Below, piece by piece: positions 54,488 to 64,000 of a stretch of 64,000 bases of DNA. Source of the stretch: an uncultured Chloroflexia bacterium (lineage in GTDB: Bacteria > Chloroflexota > Limnocylindria > QHBO01); the NCBI GenBank assembly GCA_963695195.1, contig CAVOGE010000007.1, positions 767,756-831,755 of the forward strand, in the 5' to 3' direction. The notes beneath the pieces were generated by a model. It searched no databases. It was not told the DNA's origin and saw only the letters and a list, made by a program, of their open reading frames with translations. The position numbers were made by a program, and so were the translations under genes. Each line of letters begins with the position of its first letter. The first letter of the stretch is position 1.

Positions 54488-55052
54488 GGAGTCGATGGAG
54501 TTGCTGCACGTGCATCAGGTCGTGCACACCCGCCCAGAGGAGCCACTCCCCGCAGCGAAGCTTCCCGACGAGCGGATGCTCGAGCGGGCATGAGTCGGAC
54601 TCGTGGCCGGCGATGGCGGCCGCCGACTCCGCCATCGATCGGCGGCTCTTGGCGAGCAGCGTCTGCAGCGTGGCGCGGTCCGCGTCGGGGGCGCCGGGCA
54701 CGCCGGGGACGACCGCCGGAGCGTGGGACGGCCAGGCGCCGGATGCCGCCCAGGCGGCCGCTCGCGCGAGCCAGCGGCGGGCCCCGGTGGTGTGGGCGAA
54801 CGTCTGGGCCACGTTCCAGTCTGCCTCACCGCCGGGCTCGCGCAGCATCCCGTCGGGGACCCCATCCAGGGCCGAGGCGAGCGCATCGGCGACCGCCTCC
54901 TGCTGGGCCAGCACCCGCTGCGCGGATCCAGGGCCGGCACGGCGGCGCAGCTCGCGGCGCGCTGCGCGGAAGTCGGTGTCGATCAGGCGCCAGACCGCGA
55001 CCACATCGGGAGCGGCCGGCTCAACAGCGGCAAGCCAGTCCGGCGCCGCCAT
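54459..55052 (-). CDS. DinB_2/MDMPI_N-like (DinB-YfiT superfamily) metal-dependent protein
   Basis: WNVAQTFAHTT and HDLMHVQQL resemble the two His blocks of the DinB_2 fold. Confidence 0.5.
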   Translation of the reverse strand: MAAPDWLAAVEPAAPDVVAVWRLIDTDFRAARRELRRRAGPGSAQRVLAQQEAVADALASALDGVPDGMLREPGGEADWNVAQTFAHTTGARRWLARAAAWAASGAWPSHAPAVVPGVPGAPDADRATLQTLLAKSRRSMAESAAAIAGHESDSCPLEHPLVGKLRCGEWLLWAGVHDLMHVQQLHRLRARGADAAG

Positions 55053-55073
55053 CGGTATCGGCCGGCGCGTGCG

Positions 55074-55403
55074 CTACAGGCGCTCGAAGCGCTCGACCGG
55101 GAGGACGAAGACGGTGGCTCCGCCGACCTCGACCTCGACCGGGTACGGCATGTAGAACTCGCCCGGCTCCATGATCGGCGGCATCGGGTTGACGAACTGG
55201 CGGCGGGAGTGGCAGTTGGCGCTGACGATCGCCAGGACGGCGTCCACCTGGTCGTCCTCGACGCCCACCAGGATGGTGGCGTTCCCCTGCTTGAGGAAGC
55301 CACCGGACGACTGCAGCCGGGTTGCCCGGAATTCCTTCTCCAGCAGGGCGTCGACGAGGGTGCCGGCGTCCTCGCTGTGCACGATGGCGGTCACGAGCTT
55401 CAT
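55074..55403 (-). CDS. darA: PII-like cyclic-di-AMP receptor DarA (PstA/YaaQ family)
   Basis: MKLVTAIV...GFRATRLQSSGGFLKQGNATILVGVED...PYPVEVEVGGATVFVLPVERF is near-identical in key blocks to B. subtilis DarA. Adjacent to tmk, as in Firmicutes. Confidence 0.85.
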   Translation of the reverse strand: MKLVTAIVHSEDAGTLVDALLEKEFRATRLQSSGGFLKQGNATILVGVEDDQVDAVLAIVSANCHSRRQFVNPMPPIMEPGEFYMPYPVEVEVGGATVFVLPVERFERL

Positions 55404-55466
55404 GGTGCGGGGCTCCTCACGTCTGCATGGACGGTCGAGTGGTGGGCGCGGATCCGTCCGGGGCGA

Positions 55467-56126
55467 TTATGCCGCAGGCGAGCCCCCGAAGACCAGCGGC
55501 TCGACCACACCGCGGATCGCGGCATCGGTGGCTGCCACGCTGCCCGAGCCGTCCACCACGCGATAGCGCTGCGGCTCGGCGGCGGCGAGGTCCAGGTAGG
55601 CGGAGCGAACCGTCTCGAAGAAGCGCACCCCCTCGGTGTCCTCGAACCGGTTCCATGCCCCGCGCCGCTTGCGTCCCAGCCCGACCTCGACCGGGACGTC
55701 GACCAGGATGGTCAGGTCGGGCAGCGTGTCGTACGTGGCAAAGCGCTGCAGGGCGCGGATCTCGGTCGGATCGATCCCGTAGGCCGCGCCCTGGTACGCG
55801 AGCGACGAGTCGAGATATCGCGCGCAGACGACGTGCTCGCCTCGCTCGAGCGCGGGGAGGATCAGCCGGGCGGTGTGCTGGGCGCGCGCGGCGGCGAAGA
55901 GGAGCGCGTCGGCCCGCGGGTCGAGGTCATCGGACACGTCCCGGAGGTGGAGCAGCAGGCGCCGCACCTCCTCCCCGACCGGGGTGCCACCCGGCTCACC
56001 GGTCAGCACCACGGTCTCGCCGCGCGTGCGCAGCCATTCCGCCAGGTGCCGGGCGGCGGTCGTCTTGCCGCTGCCGTCGGGGCCCTCGAGCGTGATGAAC
56101 CGCCCCCGCCCCGGCGCGCCGCTCAC
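55467..56126 (-). CDS. tmk: Thymidylate kinase
   Basis: P-loop GRFITLEGPDGSGKTT and a LID region. GTG start. An alternative GTG at 56144 overlaps the upstream gene. Confidence 0.82.
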   Translation of the reverse strand: MSGAPGRGRFITLEGPDGSGKTTAARHLAEWLRTRGETVVLTGEPGGTPVGEEVRRLLLHLRDVSDDLDPRADALLFAAARAQHTARLILPALERGEHVVCARYLDSSLAYQGAAYGIDPTEIRALQRFATYDTLPDLTILVDVPVEVGLGRKRRGAWNRFEDTEGVRFFETVRSAYLDLAAAEPQRYRVVDGSGSVAATDAAIRGVVEPLVFGGSPAA

Positions 56127-56130
56127 CGGC

Positions 56131-57972
56131 TCAGCGCCACGCACGCCCCTCCTCGGGGAGCAGCTCGACGCGTCGGTTCGGCTCCGACCCACGCGACCGC
56201 GACATGAGGCTGTTGCGCTCCGCCATCTGGTGCTGGAGGCGCCGGATGTACGCGTTCTGCGGGGCGAGCTCCATCGGCGTGCCGCTCGACTGCACCAGCC
56301 CGATCGCCTCGGCGGTCTCGCGCAGCGCCGCATCCGAGGGGTCGGCCTCCAGGTCGAAGAGGCTGGCCAGCAAGTTCTCCATCTGCACCGCGGTATTCGT
56401 CTTCAGGACGTAGATCGGGATCCCGCCGGCCTCGGCCTCGCGCAGCGCGCTCGGCTTGCGGCGGTAGTAGTTGCGCAGCGTGACCACCGCATCGGCCTCG
56501 TCCAGCTCGCGTCCGACCGTGACCGGCACGCCCAGCTCGCGGACCGCCTGCTCCAGCCGCTTGCGGCTGACCCCGAAACCGAGCAGGTTGAGCGGCCGAT
56601 GCGAGCCGCCGCGCCCCTTCCGAGGCCCGTCGCGGCGAGGTGCCGGCTCGTGGGCACGCATCGAATCGCGGAGGCTCTGCTCCAGCCCGCGGCGGGGATC
56701 CGATGCCTCCGATGCTTCGAAGCGCTCCCCGGTAGGATCCGGCTGCTCGCTCGCGAACCGCTCGCCCGGGAGAACGTGTCCGCCGCGTCCGGGCTCGCGT
56801 GCGGCTCCGCGGCCGGGCAGCGGCCGCAGGCCCAGCGCCCCGCCGCTCCTGCCTGCCCCGCGTCCGCGGCCGAATGCGCCGAAGCTGCCGGTCGGCTCGA
56901 GGGGAGCGAAGGCCGGGTTGCCGGCCGAGGTCTCGCTCAGTGCGTAGTCGTACTTCGTGGCGGCCCGGACTGCTCCGTCCTCGCGCCAGCGGGACTCCGG
57001 CGGGACCATGTGGCCGCGCAGGATGGCGTCGATCGTCTCCGCCACGTTGCGGTGCACGATCACGCTGTCGCGATCGACGATCTCGACCACGACGTCGAAG
57101 GTGGGGGGCGCCTTGCGCTCGAGCACCGTCTTCTGGGTGCCACGTCGGCGGGCCTCCTCGTCGCCCAGGGTGACCGAGTGGATCCCGCCGATCAGGTCGG
57201 ACAGGGTCGGGTTGAGCATCAGGTTGTCGAGCGTGTTGCCGTGGGCGGTACCGACCAGCTGGACACCGCGCTCGGCGATGGTGCGCGCCGCGACGGCCTC
57301 CAGCTCGGTCCCGATCTCGTCGATCACGATCACCTCGGGCATGTGGTTCTCCACGCCCTCGATCATCACCGCGTGCTGCTCGGTGGGCGTGCGCACCTGC
57401 ATCCGCCGCGCGTCCCCGATGCCGGGGTGCGGGATGTCGCCGTCGCCGGCGATCTCGTTGCTGGTGTCCACCACGATCACGCGCTTGCCCAGATCGTCGG
57501 CCAGGACGCGGGCCACTTCGCGCAGCATGGTCGTCTTCCCGACGCCCGGTCGCCCCAGCAGCAGGACGCTCTGCCCGTCCTCGACGATGTCGCGGATGAT
57601 GTCGATGGTGCCGAACACGGCTCGTCCGATGCGGCAGGTGAGACCGACCACCTTGCCCGCACGGTTGCGGATGGCACTGATCCGGTGCAGCGTGCGCTCG
57701 ATTCCGGCGCGGTTGTCGTCACCGAATGCACCGATATGGTCGATCACGTGGGCGATGTCGGCATCCACGATCTCACGGTCGAGGAGCACCTCCTCACCGT
57801 GGGTGAAGCGCGCCTCCGGACGGCGCCCGAGGTCGAGCACCACCTCGAGCAGGTCCGCGCGGTTGGCGAATGCGCGCAGGCGCGCCACGATCTCCGGCGG
57901 CAGCGCCGCCAGGAGGGCGTCGAGATCGTCGGTCGCCGCTTGTCGGGTCACGCTGGTTGACTTCCTTCTCAT
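56131..57972 (-). CDS. SpoIIIAA/Ycf45-like AAA ATPase with C-terminal R3H domain
   Basis: Walker [15 protein letters not shown] and Walker [11 protein letters not shown] long disordered Gly/Arg linker, then a C-terminal R3H-like region. Confidence 0.7.
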   Translation of the reverse strand: MRRKSTSVTRQAATDDLDALLAALPPEIVARLRAFANRADLLEVVLDLGRRPEARFTHGEEVLLDREIVDADIAHVIDHIGAFGDDNRAGIERTLHRISAIRNRAGKVVGLTCRIGRAVFGTIDIIRDIVEDGQSVLLLGRPGVGKTTMLREVARVLADDLGKRVIVVDTSNEIAGDGDIPHPGIGDARRMQVRTPTEQHAVMIEGVENHMPEVIVIDEIGTELEAVAARTIAERGVQLVGTAHGNTLDNLMLNPTLSDLIGGIHSVTLGDEEARRRGTQKTVLERKAPPTFDVVVEIVDRDSVIVHRNVAETIDAILRGHMVPPESRWREDGAVRAATKYDYALSETSAGNPAFAPLEPTGSFGAFGRGRGAGRSGGALGLRPLPGRGAAREPGRGGHVLPGERFASEQPDPTGERFEASEASDPRRGLEQSLRDSMRAHEPAPRRDGPRKGRGGSHRPLNLLGFGVSRKRLEQAVRELGVPVTVGRELDEADAVVTLRNYYRRKPSALREAEAGGIPIYVLKTNTAVQMENLLASLFDLEADPSDAALRETAEAIGLVQSSGTPMELAPQNAYIRRLQHQMAERNSLMSRSRGSEPNRRVELLPEEGRAWR

Positions 57973-57980
57973 CCTGGCTG

Positions 57981-59033
57981 TCAGATCGCCGGCACCATGG
58001 CCGGTTGCCGGACCGCGGATCGGACCTCGCGGACGAGCATCGTCACTTCGCCGATCGGCTCGAACCCCGCCGATTCGGCAGCCGCCAGGCCTGCCGCCTC
58101 GTATGTTCGCACCGGAGCGATGATCCCCGCAGCCGCCGCGTCACCGCCGAGGGCGGAGAGCACGGCCTGCAGGAAGCGGCCCCCGTCGGTGCCGTCGCGG
58201 ATGAGGAAACGCAGATAGTGCGGTCCCTCCCGGCTCGCTCCGTGCTGCGCAAAGGCGGCGAGCCGCTGTCCCTCGGGGGCGCCCCAGGCGTTCACCGCGC
58301 TGAAGTGGAGGAGCGGGTTGAGGCTGCTGCGTGGGACGACCCCTTCATGTCCCACCGGCTCCCAGTCGGCCGCGCCGTAGTCCTCGGTGCGGGCGACCGC
58401 CGGTGGCGTGGCGTGCGTCCACAGGTCGAAGAGGTGCCACGCATCGGCGGGACCGATCGACTCGAGCGATGGCCGCCCCGCATCCGCCGACGCGCTGCCG
58501 GGAGCGTCCCCGGGCAGGATGGTCCGCAGCCACGAACGTGCGCCACGCTCCCCATCCGGAGGGCGGTAGAAGATCTCCTCGGCCGCGTACGCCGCAAACC
58601 CGATCTGGCGAAACAGCGTCAGGTTCTCCGGAGCGTCGGAGCAGGCGGCATGGAACCGCGCGACGTTGTGCTTGGCGCCCTCCTCGACCACGGCCCGCAG
58701 GAGGGCGAAGCGCACCTCGGCAGCCATCGGGGCGTCTGCCGCGTCGAGCTCGGTGATCACCCAGTCGTCGCGATGCGGCTCCTCGATCGCGCGACACGAG
58801 CCGACAAGCTCGCCGTCTGCCTCCGCCACCAGGTGGACGGAGGGTGACCGCAGTGGCAACCACGACCGAACAAGGTCGGCCAGGCTGATGCGCGTCAGCG
58901 TGTCGGGCGGCGCGGGGACGCCGAGCGACCGCCGATGCGACTCCTCCGACAGGTGCACGCGCCGGGCTAGTGCCGCGAGGGCCTGGCGGTCCGCCAGGCG
59001 GGCCGGACGGATCAGGCCGGTGTCAGGGGTCAT
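57981..59033 (-). CDS. GNAT-like N-acetyltransferase (two-lobed)
   Basis: GNAT-like fold blocks (LVGSCRAI..., [11 protein letters not shown]). Weak. Confidence 0.5.
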   Translation of the reverse strand: MTPDTGLIRPARLADRQALAALARRVHLSEESHRRSLGVPAPPDTLTRISLADLVRSWLPLRSPSVHLVAEADGELVGSCRAIEEPHRDDWVITELDAADAPMAAEVRFALLRAVVEEGAKHNVARFHAACSDAPENLTLFRQIGFAAYAAEEIFYRPPDGERGARSWLRTILPGDAPGSASADAGRPSLESIGPADAWHLFDLWTHATPPAVARTEDYGAADWEPVGHEGVVPRSSLNPLLHFSAVNAWGAPEGQRLAAFAQHGASREGPHYLRFLIRDGTDGGRFLQAVLSALGGDAAAAGIIAPVRTYEAAGLAAAESAGFEPIGEVTMLVREVRSAVRQPAMVPAI

Positions 59034-59656
59034 GCGCCGATCATCTCCAGCAGCAGACGGTGGACGCGCCGGTCCGGGGTCAGCTCCGGGTGAAAGGCGG
59101 TGGCCAGGATCCGGCCCTGCCGCACGGCGATCGGTCGCTCGTCGGCATCCCGGGCAAGCACCTCCACGCCGTCCCCCAGTTCGCTCACCACCGGTGCGCG
59201 GATGAATACCCCGTGCAGCGGCTCAGTTCCGAGCGCCGGCATCGACAGGTCAGCCTCGAACGAGTCGAGTTGCCGCCCGTAGGCGTTGCGCTGGACCGTC
59301 ACGTCCAGGAGGCCCAGGACCGGCTCGTCGCCGTCGGCGATGCGTGCGGCCAGCAGGATCATGCCCGCGCAGGTGCCGAAGATCGGTGCCCCGCCGCGGG
59401 CGAACGCCCGGATCGGTTCGCGCAGGCCGTACCGGTCGATCAGGTTACGCATGGTGGTCGACTCGCCGCCGGGCAGGATGAGGGCGTCGAGGCCCACCAG
59501 GTCGCGCGGCAATCGCACCCCGACCGGTTCGGCCCCGATCTCGCGGATCGCATCCGCGTGCTCGCGCACGTCGCCCTGCAGGGCAAGGATGCCGACCCGT
59601 CGGCGGGGCAAGGCATCGACTACCGAGGGGGTCGCCATCGGCGCCAGCTGCGCCAT
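59030..59656 (-). CDS. pdxT: PLP synthase glutaminase subunit PdxT
   Basis: VGILALQGDVREH, catalytic GTCAGMILL, and His/Glu near the C-terminus (AFHPELT). Confidence 0.9.
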   Translation of the reverse strand: MAQLAPMATPSVVDALPRRRVGILALQGDVREHADAIREIGAEPVGVRLPRDLVGLDALILPGGESTTMRNLIDRYGLREPIRAFARGGAPIFGTCAGMILLAARIADGDEPVLGLLDVTVQRNAYGRQLDSFEADLSMPALGTEPLHGVFIRAPVVSELGDGVEVLARDADERPIAVRQGRILATAFHPELTPDRRVHRLLLEMIGA

Positions 59657-59673
59657 CGGTCCTGTCGCCTCGC

Positions 59674-60633
59674 CTACCAGCCGCGCAGGGCCAGGCGTTC
59701 CTCCGCCGGGATCTCGGAGAGCTCCAGCCCATGCATCGGCTCACCCAGGCCGGTGCTCACCTCGGCCAGGATCTCGGCGTTGTCCCAGTGCGTGGTGGCC
59801 ATCACGATCGCCCGGGCAACGCGCTCCGGATGCTCGCTCTTGAAGATGCCACTGCCCACGAAGACCGACTGGGCACCGAGCTGCCGCATCAGGCTCGCAT
59901 CGGCCGGCGTGGCCACCCCACCGGCGGAGAAGTTCGGGACCGGTAGCTCACCCAGGGTGGCCGTCTGGCGCACGATGTCGAGCGGGGCGCGCAGCTCCTT
60001 GGCCGCGGCGTACAGCTCGTCCTCGCGCATGCCGGCCAATTCGCGGATCCCGCGCTGCACGGCGCGCATGTGGCGGACCGCCTCGACGACGTTGCCGGTT
60101 CCCGCCTCGCCCTTGGTCCGGATCATGGCCGCCCCCTCGCCGATCCGCCGCAGGGCCTCGCCCAGGTCGCGACAGCCGCACACGAACGGCACGCGGAACT
60201 CGTGCTTGTCGATGTGGTGCTCCTCGTCGGCCGGCGTCAGGACCTCTGACTCGTCGATGAAGTCGACCTCCAGCTGCTGGAGGATCTGCGCCTCGGCGAT
60301 ATGGCCGATGCGGCACTTGGCCATCACGGGGATGCTGACGGCGGCCTTGATCTCCTCGATCAGCTTCGGGTCGCTCATGCGGGCGACGCCGCCGAACTTG
60401 CGGATGTCGGATGGGACGCGCTCGAGCGCCATGACGGCGACCGCGCCCGCCTCCTGGGCCAGCTTCGCCTGGTCGGCGGTCACCACATCCATGATCACGC
60501 CGCCCGACAGCATGCGGGCGAGCCCGACCTTTGTCGTCCATGTGCTCGTCTCGATGGTGGCCAATGCAGCCTCTGTGATGCGAATTCGTGCGCGGAGCGG
60601 CGTCGACTCGGTGAGCCGCATCCGGCCATCCAT
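59674..60633 (-). CDS. pdxS: PLP synthase subunit PdxS
   Basis: [19 protein letters not shown] and [17 protein letters not shown]. Start at MDGRM. Confidence 0.92.
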   Translation of the reverse strand: MDGRMRLTESTPLRARIRITEAALATIETSTWTTKVGLARMLSGGVIMDVVTADQAKLAQEAGAVAVMALERVPSDIRKFGGVARMSDPKLIEEIKAAVSIPVMAKCRIGHIAEAQILQQLEVDFIDESEVLTPADEEHHIDKHEFRVPFVCGCRDLGEALRRIGEGAAMIRTKGEAGTGNVVEAVRHMRAVQRGIRELAGMREDELYAAAKELRAPLDIVRQTATLGELPVPNFSAGGVATPADASLMRQLGAQSVFVGSGIFKSEHPERVARAIVMATTHWDNAEILAEVSTGLGEPMHGLELSEIPAEERLALRGW

Positions 60634-60714
60634 TGTACTCGCGGCCTCGCACCGACCCGCACGTGGGAGCAGGTGGCCGGCCGTTGCTATCATTCGCCAC
60701 CACGGAGGCGCGGA

Positions 60715-61248
60715 TTGCTCAACGCTGCGGTACTAGTCCTCAACCAGAATTACGAGCCGCTCAACGTCTGCGACATCAGGCGCGCTTTCAACCTGCTCGG
60801 CGCGGACAAGGCCGAGCTGATCGCCCGCAATCACCAGGTGATCCACACGCCCACGCTCGCGATACCGGCACCATCGGTGATCCGCCTCGTCTACCTGGTG
60901 CGGCGTCCCCGCCCGAAGGTCAAGCTGAGCCGGCGGGAGGTCTTTGCCCGGGACGGACACGTCTGCCAGTACTGCGGAACGCACAGTCGCGACCTGACGA
61001 TCGACCACGTCATGCCGCGCCACCGCGGCGGGCGCCACGAGTGGGAGAACCTGGTCGCCGCGTGCCGCGCCTGCAATCACCGCAAGGGGAGCAAGACGCT
61101 CGCCGAATCACGCATGTCGCTCCTCCGCGCGCCACGGGCCCCGCGGGCGGACGCGCGCTACCTGTACGGCACCTACCTCGCCGACGAGCGGAACGACGCC
61201 TGGCGCACCTTCCTCTTCATGGACGACGCCCCGCCGCAGCGCGCATAG
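60715..61248 (+). CDS. HNH-family endonuclease-like protein (probable TTG start)
   Basis: HNH motif CQYCGT...[11 protein letters not shown]...[19 protein letters not shown] sits 9 nt upstream of TTG 60715. The upstream part of six-frame ORF 60301..61248 is antisense to pdxS. Confidence 0.7.
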   Translation: MLNAAVLVLNQNYEPLNVCDIRRAFNLLGADKAELIARNHQVIHTPTLAIPAPSVIRLVYLVRRPRPKVKLSRREVFARDGHVCQYCGTHSRDLTIDHVMPRHRGGRHEWENLVAACRACNHRKGSKTLAESRMSLLRAPRAPRADARYLYGTYLADERNDAWRTFLFMDDAPPQRA

Positions 61249-61271
61249 CGCCGCCGGCGCGAGCAGCACCG

Positions 61272-62750
61272 ATGCGCGACGGAGACTCCCTGGCGATCGC
61301 ACTGCCGCCCGCTGTGTCGGCCGTCCTCGGCGGCCTGATCGCCGGCGGCGACGAGGCGGCGCTGGTCGGAGGCTGCGTGCGTGACCTGCTCCGGGGAGAG
61401 CGGCCGCTCGACTGGGACGTCGCGACGTCGGCACCCCCCGAGGTCGTCGCGGCGCGCTTCCCGGGCGCCACGTGGGACAACCGCTTCGGCACGGTGACCG
61501 TGCGGTCGACCGATGCCGGTACGAGGCTGGGCGATGGGGACGCGGGGATCGAGGTCACCACCTATCGGGTCGAGGGTGGGTACCGCGATCATCGGCGACC
61601 CGACGAGGTGCGCTGGGGACGCTCGCTGACCGACGACCTTGCGCGTCGCGACTTCACGATCAACGCCATCGCCTGGCTGCCCGACGGTCCTGCTCACAAC
61701 ACCGGTCGGCTGGTGGATCCGTTCGGCGGCGCCGCAGACCTGGAGGCGGGTCTCCTGCGCGCGGTCGGGGATGCCGACGCTCGCTTTGCGGAGGACGCGC
61801 TGCGACTGGTCCGTGCGGTGCGCTTCGCCGCGAGATTCAACCTGGCGGTCGACCCGGCGACGGAGGCTGCCATCCGGCTCGGAGCGCCGCTGGCGGCGAA
61901 CCTCTCGGGCGAGCGGGTGCGAGACGAGTTGCTGCGGATCCTGGGCGGGGCAGATCCACCGTCGCTTGCTCTGCTGATGATGGAGCGGCTCGGCCTGCTG
62001 GCGGTTCTCCTCCCCGAACTCGCCGACCTCCGAGGCGTGCCCCAGAGCAAGGCGCTGGCGGGCGATGCGCTCGACCACTCGCTGCGAGCCGCCGATGCCC
62101 TACCTGCCAGTGATCCGGTGCTGCGCCTCGGCGGCCTGCTGCATGACCTGGGGAAGGCGACCACCCTCGCCGACGGCCACTTCATCGGTCATGAGCTGGC
62201 CGGCGCCGATTTCGCGGAGGCGGTGCTGCGGCGGCTTCGGGCCTCCCGCGCCGACCTCGTGCGTGTGACTCGCCTGGTACGGCAGCACATGTTCGCCTAC
62301 TCCGCCGAATGGTCCGACGCCGCGGTCCGCCGCTTCGTGCGGCGCGTCGGCATCGATCTGCTCGACGACCTGTTCGCCCTGCGTGCGGCGGACAATGCGG
62401 CGTCGGGCGTCAGCGAGCCGAGGCGCGGCGGAACCGCCGAACTGCGGGCGCGCTGCCGGGCTGCGATCGCCGGCGACCCGCTGGAGGCGCGCCACCTCGC
62501 GGTCAGCGGCCACGACCTGGTCACCGAACTCGGCGTGCCGCCGGGGCGCCTGATCGGGCGCCTCATCGAGCGCCTCGTCGACGCGGTCCTGGAGGATCCG
62601 TCCGAGAACCGTCGCGAACGCCTGCTGACCCTGGCACGCGGCTGGGCGGCCGAGCCGACCGACAATCCTGGCGGGGTCAGGGGTGGCGGGGTCGAAGGTG
62701 GTGCGGCGGTGCACCACAAGGGCGATCACGGGGTGGCGGACCCGTTCTGA
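61272..62750 (+). CDS. cca: CCA-adding tRNA nucleotidyltransferase with C-terminal HD domain
   Basis: [20 protein letters not shown] and RDFTINAI are polymerase-beta head motifs. The HD region is LHDLGK...H. Confidence 0.8.
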   Translation: MRDGDSLAIALPPAVSAVLGGLIAGGDEAALVGGCVRDLLRGERPLDWDVATSAPPEVVAARFPGATWDNRFGTVTVRSTDAGTRLGDGDAGIEVTTYRVEGGYRDHRRPDEVRWGRSLTDDLARRDFTINAIAWLPDGPAHNTGRLVDPFGGAADLEAGLLRAVGDADARFAEDALRLVRAVRFAARFNLAVDPATEAAIRLGAPLAANLSGERVRDELLRILGGADPPSLALLMMERLGLLAVLLPELADLRGVPQSKALAGDALDHSLRAADALPASDPVLRLGGLLHDLGKATTLADGHFIGHELAGADFAEAVLRRLRASRADLVRVTRLVRQHMFAYSAEWSDAAVRRFVRRVGIDLLDDLFALRAADNAASGVSEPRRGGTAELRARCRAAIAGDPLEARHLAVSGHDLVTELGVPPGRLIGRLIERLVDAVLEDPSENRRERLLTLARGWAAEPTDNPGGVRGGGVEGGAAVHHKGDHGVADPF

Positions 62751-62824
62751 CGCGCTGCTACAATCGGCGATCCGAAGTGCGTGCCCACGCCTCGACGTCC
62801 TGGAGCGGAGGATCCCTGCCCGCG

Positions 62825-63535
62825 ATGACCGCCCACGCGCGACATGCCGCGCGGCTTGAACATCGACTCACCCATCCGACCGCTTCTCGTGCCGACCTCG
62901 AGGCGGCGGTGGCGCTCGTTCTTGAGCACGGCCTGGATGCGCTGACCGTCAGCCCCTGGCTGCTCAAGCACGCGCGGCGGATGCTCGCGCGATCCTCGGT
63001 GCGGCTCGGATCGGTGATCGGCTATCCCGGCGGTGGACAACTCCCCGCCGTGAAGGCATTCGAGGCCTCCCGGGCCCTCGAACACGGGGCGACACAGCTT
63101 GACTTCGTTCTGAACGCCGGCGCGCTGATCTCCGGGGAGGACGAGACGGTCGTCGGCGACATGCTGGCGGTGGTGGAGATGGCCCATGCGGCTCTCGCCA
63201 CGGCGGGGGTCATCCTCGAGCCGGAACCGCTCACCGACCAACAGCTGCGGCGCGCCTGCAGACTCGCGGAGCGCGCCGGCGCCGACCACGTGGTCACCTC
63301 GCCCGGCGGTGCGGACGCCGCATCGACGATCGCGCGGGTCGGCCTGGTGCATGACCTGCTGGGAACGCACCTTGCCGTCAAGGCGGCCGGGAGGTTCGCG
63401 GCCATCGACGAGCTCGTCGCGGCGCGGTCGGCGGGAGCATCGGTCATCTCCACCGAGTTCGACCGCCGACTTGCGATCGAGGCTGTCGCCACCGTCGGCG
63501 TACCCCCGCACCCGCTGCGCGCAGCGGCCGGCTGA
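62825..63535 (+). CDS. deoC: Deoxyribose-phosphate aldolase
   Basis: DeoC fold with the Schiff-base Lys block LAVKAAGRF and conserved VIGYPGG and GADHVVTS. Confidence 0.78.
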   Translation: MTAHARHAARLEHRLTHPTASRADLEAAVALVLEHGLDALTVSPWLLKHARRMLARSSVRLGSVIGYPGGGQLPAVKAFEASRALEHGATQLDFVLNAGALISGEDETVVGDMLAVVEMAHAALATAGVILEPEPLTDQQLRRACRLAERAGADHVVTSPGGADAASTIARVGLVHDLLGTHLAVKAAGRFAAIDELVAARSAGASVISTEFDRRLAIEAVATVGVPPHPLRAAAG

Positions 63536-63554
63536 GCGAAGGCGAGGGCGGAAG

Positions 63555-64000
63555 ATGCGCATCCTGGTGGTCGGCGGCGCCGGCTTCATCGGTTCCACCA
63601 GCGTGGAAACCTTCATCGAAGCCGGGCACGACGTGACCGTGTACGACGATCTGTCGACCGGTCATGCATCCGCGGTGGTACGCCCCGCCCGGCTGGTGCG
63701 CGGCCAGATGGAGGATCGTGCGCACCTGACGCAGGTCCTGCGCGAGGATAGGATCGAGGCGGTCCTGCATTGCGCCGCCAAGTCGCTCGTCGGTCAGAGC
63801 CTTCTCGACCCCGGCCTCTACTACCGCAACAACGTCGGCGGCGGCGTCTCGCTGCTTGACGCGATGCACGCCGCCGGTGTCAACCGCCTCGTCTTCTCCT
63901 CAACCGCCGCCGTGTACGGTGAGCCGCGCCGCGTCCCGATCGCGGAGGCCGACCGAACCGAGCCGATCAACCCATACGGCGCCACCAAGCTCGCCTTCGA
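63555..64000 (+). CDS. galE: UDP-glucose 4-epimerase / NAD-dependent epimerase (3'-partial)
   Basis: MRILVVGGAGFIGS Rossmann motif and NPYGATK (YxxxK region). Runs off the end of the window. Confidence 0.8.
   Translation, partial: MRILVVGGAGFIGSTSVETFIEAGHDVTVYDDLSTGHASAVVRPARLVRGQMEDRAHLTQVLREDRIEAVLHCAAKSLVGQSLLDPGLYYRNNVGGGVSLLDAMHAAGVNRLVFSSTAAVYGEPRRVPIAEADRTEPINPYGATKLAF

Noticed and set aside
1-64000. CRISPR arrays, IS elements, prophage genes, toxin-antitoxin or restriction-modification systems
   Set aside because: No spacer-repeat periodicity, transposase or integrase motifs were seen. The only tandem repeats are in-frame within the paralog-2 gene. The single HNH protein (60715..61248) lacks partner genes and looks like a conserved housekeeping-context HNH.

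Overview
The window is a high-GC (about 70%) bacterial chromosome segment that spans the replication origin. The gene content and order look Actinobacteria- or Thermomicrobia-like. From the 5' end it carries: ftsE (partial)-ftsX; an S41 C-terminal processing protease followed by an intrinsic terminator; smpB and tmRNA (ssrA); two paralogous small membrane proteins; the origin cluster rpmH-rnpA-yidD-yidC-jag on the minus strand facing dnaA-[oriC with DnaA boxes and an AT-rich unwinding element]-dnaN-recF-DUF721; a membrane protein with a catalytically degenerate PP2C-like domain where gyrB normally sits; a bifunctional-nuclease-family gene; a divergent pair of a GT2 polyprenol-phosphate glycosyltransferase and a roughly 1560-aa double-module GT-C (PMT-like) glycosyltransferase; a pspC/DUF4097 envelope-stress pair; an ABC-2 exporter preceded by a promoter, leader-ORF and terminator that looks like an attenuator; three tandem double-GNAT (MshD-like) acetyltransferases; an ArsR-headed phosphatidylinositol/PIM-type lipid operon (pgsA-ino1-two acyltransferases-PHP phosphoesterase-pimA); a degenerate ABC ATPase with permease; an MFS transporter; a sortase-fold protein whose catalytic Cys is Ser; a complex I (nuo) operon; then darA-tmk, an R3H ATPase, pdxST, an HNH protein, cca, deoC and galE (partial). 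The most interesting system is the nuo operon. It looks like an 11-subunit nuoABCDHIJKLMN operon into which an electron-input module has been inserted inside nuoI. That module is NuoE, NuoF and a NuoG-N-terminal/GltD-like flavoprotein mosaic. The insertion splits NuoI (TYKY) into an N-half fused to NuoE and a C-half fused to the mosaic protein. The mosaic gene is frameshifted, and a structured palindromic spacer precedes nuoJ. No CRISPR array, transposon or prophage was seen. Many long antisense ORFs in the six-frame track are high-GC artefacts.
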